The notes under the pieces were generated by a model. The model was not told the origin of the DNA. It searched no databases and saw only the letters and a list, made by a program, of their open reading frames with translations. 54,258 bases of DNA, taken from positions 1 to 54,258 of the forward strand of contig JAJDXW010000282.1 in assembly GCA_022823045.1 (NCBI GenBank). Reading direction: 5' to 3'. Each line of letters begins with the position of its first letter. Within the stretch, counting starts at the first letter, position 1. Shown here piece after piece: positions 52,269 to 54,258 of the stretch. The translations under genes and the position numbers were made by a program. This stretch comes from Gammaproteobacteria bacterium. Its GTDB lineage: Bacteria > Pseudomonadota > Gammaproteobacteria > HK1.

Positions 52269-52952
52269 ATGGCCGAGCTGCCGGAGGCCCTTCCCGTGGT
52301 CGAACTGACAACGGACGAAGTCGAGAGGCTCTCGGGTCGTCTGCAAGAAGAGGCCAGGGGGGCAAAGCGCTCGCAGGGCAAGCAGCAACGATGGATTCTG
52401 ATCGGCGCCGGGTCCCGGCGAGAGGCGGCGGTCATTCGCACGACCGCGGCGATGGCCCGGCGAATCGTCGGGCAGCGCCGCAAGGAAATCACCGAGCGCA
52501 ATGTCGAGGCGCTTGTCGACCTGTATCTCGAAGGCGAGAAGCGCGCCGAGGTCGATGGGGAGCTCGAGCAGGACAACGCCGAGCTGCGCGCGCGCTACCT
52601 TCTGGAGGTGCCGACCTTCACCGCCGCCGAAATCCACGAGCTCATGCACGGCTCGCAATTGCGCAACCCGAGCGAACCAGCCTCGCGTTGGAGGCGCGAG
52701 AAGAGGGTCTTCGCGGTGCGTGGCGGCCGTGCCCAACTCTTTCCGCGCTTCCAGTTCGCCGAAGGCAATCCACTGCCGGTCATCAAGGAAGTGCTGAAAC
52801 GTCTGCCGGACGACATGACGCCGTGGCAGATCGCGTTCTGGTTCCGGTCGGGCAACGGCTGGCTCGACGGGAAGTCGCCCGAAGAGGCGCTGGGCGACGA
52901 GGACGGCGTCCTCAATGCCGCCGACCGCCTGCGTGAGCCGGCCGTCGGCTGA
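52269..52952 (+). CDS. Xre/MbcA/ParS-type antitoxin (C-terminal DUF2384-like toxin-binding domain)
   Basis: The C-terminal segment PWQIAFWFRSGNGWLDGKSPEEALGDEDGVLNAA is DUF2384-like. It lies directly upstream (2-nt gap) of a RES gene. The start is ATG 52269 or 52263. Confidence 0.7.
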   Translation: MAELPEALPVVELTTDEVERLSGRLQEEARGAKRSQGKQQRWILIGAGSRREAAVIRTTAAMARRIVGQRRKEITERNVEALVDLYLEGEKRAEVDGELEQDNAELRARYLLEVPTFTAAEIHELMHGSQLRNPSEPASRWRREKRVFAVRGGRAQLFPRFQFAEGNPLPVIKEVLKRLPDDMTPWQIAFWFRSGNGWLDGKSPEEALGDEDGVLNAADRLREPAVG

Positions 52953-52954
52953 CG

Positions 52955-53590
52955 ATGACGATCCGGAAACCGCCGTCTCCGCTCACGCGCCCGCAGTTTT
53001 CCGTTCTACCCTCCGGAACCGCGCTGCATCGCGTTCATCGAACCGCCTGGAGGGCAGCGGAATTCAACCCGGGTCTCGGCGGGCCGACACGCTTCGCCCC
53101 GTTCAACGACAGCTCCGGAGCGCCGGTGCCCTCCCTCTATGCGAGCGCCACGCTGCGGGCGGCGATCCATGAAACGATATTCCACGACATACCCGCGAAC
53201 GCAAGGACCAAGACGGTTCGTCTGAACGAGGTGCAGAGCCGCACGCATTCGGAGCTTCTGACGAACCGTGATCTGCGCCTTGTCGAGCTGCGCAACGTGA
53301 CTCTGGGCAAATGGGGCATTTCGCGCCGGGACCTGATCTCGTCCAGTCCGTCTGCCTACGGTGAGACTGTCTTGTGGGCCGAAGCCGTCCATCACGACAT
53401 TCCGGACGCCGACGGTCTCGTCTGGACATCCAATCAATGCGACCCCGACGACGCATGTCTGTTCTTCGGTGACCGCGTTCGCGAAAGCGATTTCACGGCG
53501 GTGCGATCGCGCGACGGCGCAACCGTCAAGTCGTTCGTGAAGGACGCAAGGGACGAAGGCCGGCGGCGGGGCATCACTCTGACGATCTGA
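52955..53590 (+). CDS. RES-domain toxin (NAD+-targeting ParT/MbcT family)
   Basis: 211 aa. R is in GGPTRFAPF, E in AAIHETIFHD and S in VWTSNQ, at the expected spacing. Confidence 0.85.
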   Translation: MTIRKPPSPLTRPQFSVLPSGTALHRVHRTAWRAAEFNPGLGGPTRFAPFNDSSGAPVPSLYASATLRAAIHETIFHDIPANARTKTVRLNEVQSRTHSELLTNRDLRLVELRNVTLGKWGISRRDLISSSPSAYGETVLWAEAVHHDIPDADGLVWTSNQCDPDDACLFFGDRVRESDFTAVRSRDGATVKSFVKDARDEGRRRGITLTI

Positions 53591-53951
53591 GCGGCCCCGT
53601 ATCCGGACTTCGGGCCACCGGCGCGGCCGAATCCTTCCGCCCGTTCGCGCCGGACGGTCGAGGGCCGGAGGGGACGCTACCATGCGCTGCATGGCGCGCA
53701 TGTCCGGCCAGGTTCCGAACCCGGTCCGAACCGCTCCCGCTCCCACGCGAAGCTGCTTGCTTGTTGAAGCTTCCGTGACGCGATGAGCCGGCCGTACCGG
53801 CGAGCGGTTCGGCACATCGGGGACGATGCACTCACTCTGCGCCCCCCGGCCGGCCCGGCGCGGCGCGCCCGGGGTCGGGTCCTCCCCGGACCGCCGCGTC
53901 CGCGCAATCGCGTTGCGCGGCCGGCATCGACCAAGGTCGAGGTGAAGCGAC

Positions 53952-54258
53952 ATGACGATGAAAGGCACCGGGGACAACGCGTTCACGGCGACGACACCCT
54001 ACGGCCTTCGCGACGAGGCGACCTACGCAGGGGCGCTCAGCTTCCTCCGCCGGCCCTATACGCGCGATCTCGCGGACGCCGACATCGCGGTCACCGGGGT
54101 CCCGTTCGACCTCGCGACCACCAACCGCCCGGGGGCGCGTCTCGGGCCACGTGCGGTCCGGGCCGCCTCGGCGCAGCTTTCCTGGGGACCGCCGTGGCCG
54201 TGGGGGTTCGACCCGACCAAGCGCCTTGCCGTCGTCGACGCGGGAGACTGCGCCCTGG
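53952..54258 (+). CDS. Agmatinase/arginase (ureohydrolase) family protein, N-terminal 102 codons (runs off the right edge)
   Basis: Absent from the ORF track because there is no stop. Manual translation gives MTMKGTGDNAFTATTPYGLRDEATYAGALSFLRRPYTRDLADADIAVTGVPFDLATTNRPGARLGPRAVRAAS..., the typical agmatinase/guanidinobutyrase N-terminus. SD GAGGTG is upstream. Confidence 0.8.
   Translation, partial: MTMKGTGDNAFTATTPYGLRDEATYAGALSFLRRPYTRDLADADIAVTGVPFDLATTNRPGARLGPRAVRAASAQLSWGPPWPWGFDPTKRLAVVDAGDCAL

Noticed and set aside
53006-53986. 326-aa minus-strand ORF antisense to the RES toxin gene and covering the 53591-53951 gap
   Set aside because: It is Arg/Pro-rich with no domain signature and is antisense to a well-supported gene. 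I treat the gap itself as non-coding.
1-54258. Search for tRNA, rRNA, tmRNA and CRISPR arrays
   Set aside because: No T-loop-like GGTTCGAATCC contexts occur outside coding frames. No rRNA-like conserved blocks were seen. No regularly spaced 25-40-bp direct repeats with unique spacers were seen. The only tandem repeats are the short G/C microsatellites and the in-frame SDR repeat reported above.

Overview
High-GC, gene-dense bacterial chromosomal segment. Hand counts of single 60-nt lines give about 65-72% G+C in most genes. It reads as an accessory catabolic and uptake region typical of metabolically versatile proteobacteria. I support about 50 protein-coding genes. They include two amidases, amidohydrolase-type, HyuB-type and DUF3604-like hydrolases, two Rieske-oxygenase systems, a LigAB-type extradiol dioxygenase and a sulfatase. 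They also include an S9 peptidase, acyl-CoA enzymes and three ABC uptake systems (sugar type, ProU/betaine type, BMP/nucleoside type). A beta-carbonic anhydrase and a response-regulator/PP2C fusion are also present. At least five toxin-antitoxin-type modules sit between these genes: RHH-PIN, HigBA, HTH-PIN, ParS/Xre-RES and a class II Fic. Two of them abut orphan fragments of disrupted genes. I found no rRNA, tRNA or CRISPR array by eye. Most long ORFs in the supplied track are Arg/Pro/Gly-rich antisense shadows typical of high-GC DNA, and I rejected them. The observations I rate highest are these. (1) A three-gene operon in which an oxygenase with a degenerate Rieske site is followed by a stand-alone Rieske protein and a GST. 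This is an NdmCDE-like split oxygenase without a reductase, and a (GCCCCC)4 repeat lies between its first two cistrons. (2) A low-GC two-gene island (DUF2188 plus a protein with an NDT/TIR-like N-terminus). (3) A 183-bp MITE-like inverted-repeat element with a target-site-duplication-like flank, next to a TA cassette and a gene remnant. (4) An SDR carrying a roughly 69-aa Gly/Ala-rich in-frame repeat insertion, followed by a G-quadruplex-type 12-mer repeat. (5) A second low-GC islet with two small uncharacterised ORFs. All family assignments come from motif recognition by eye. No database search was run.
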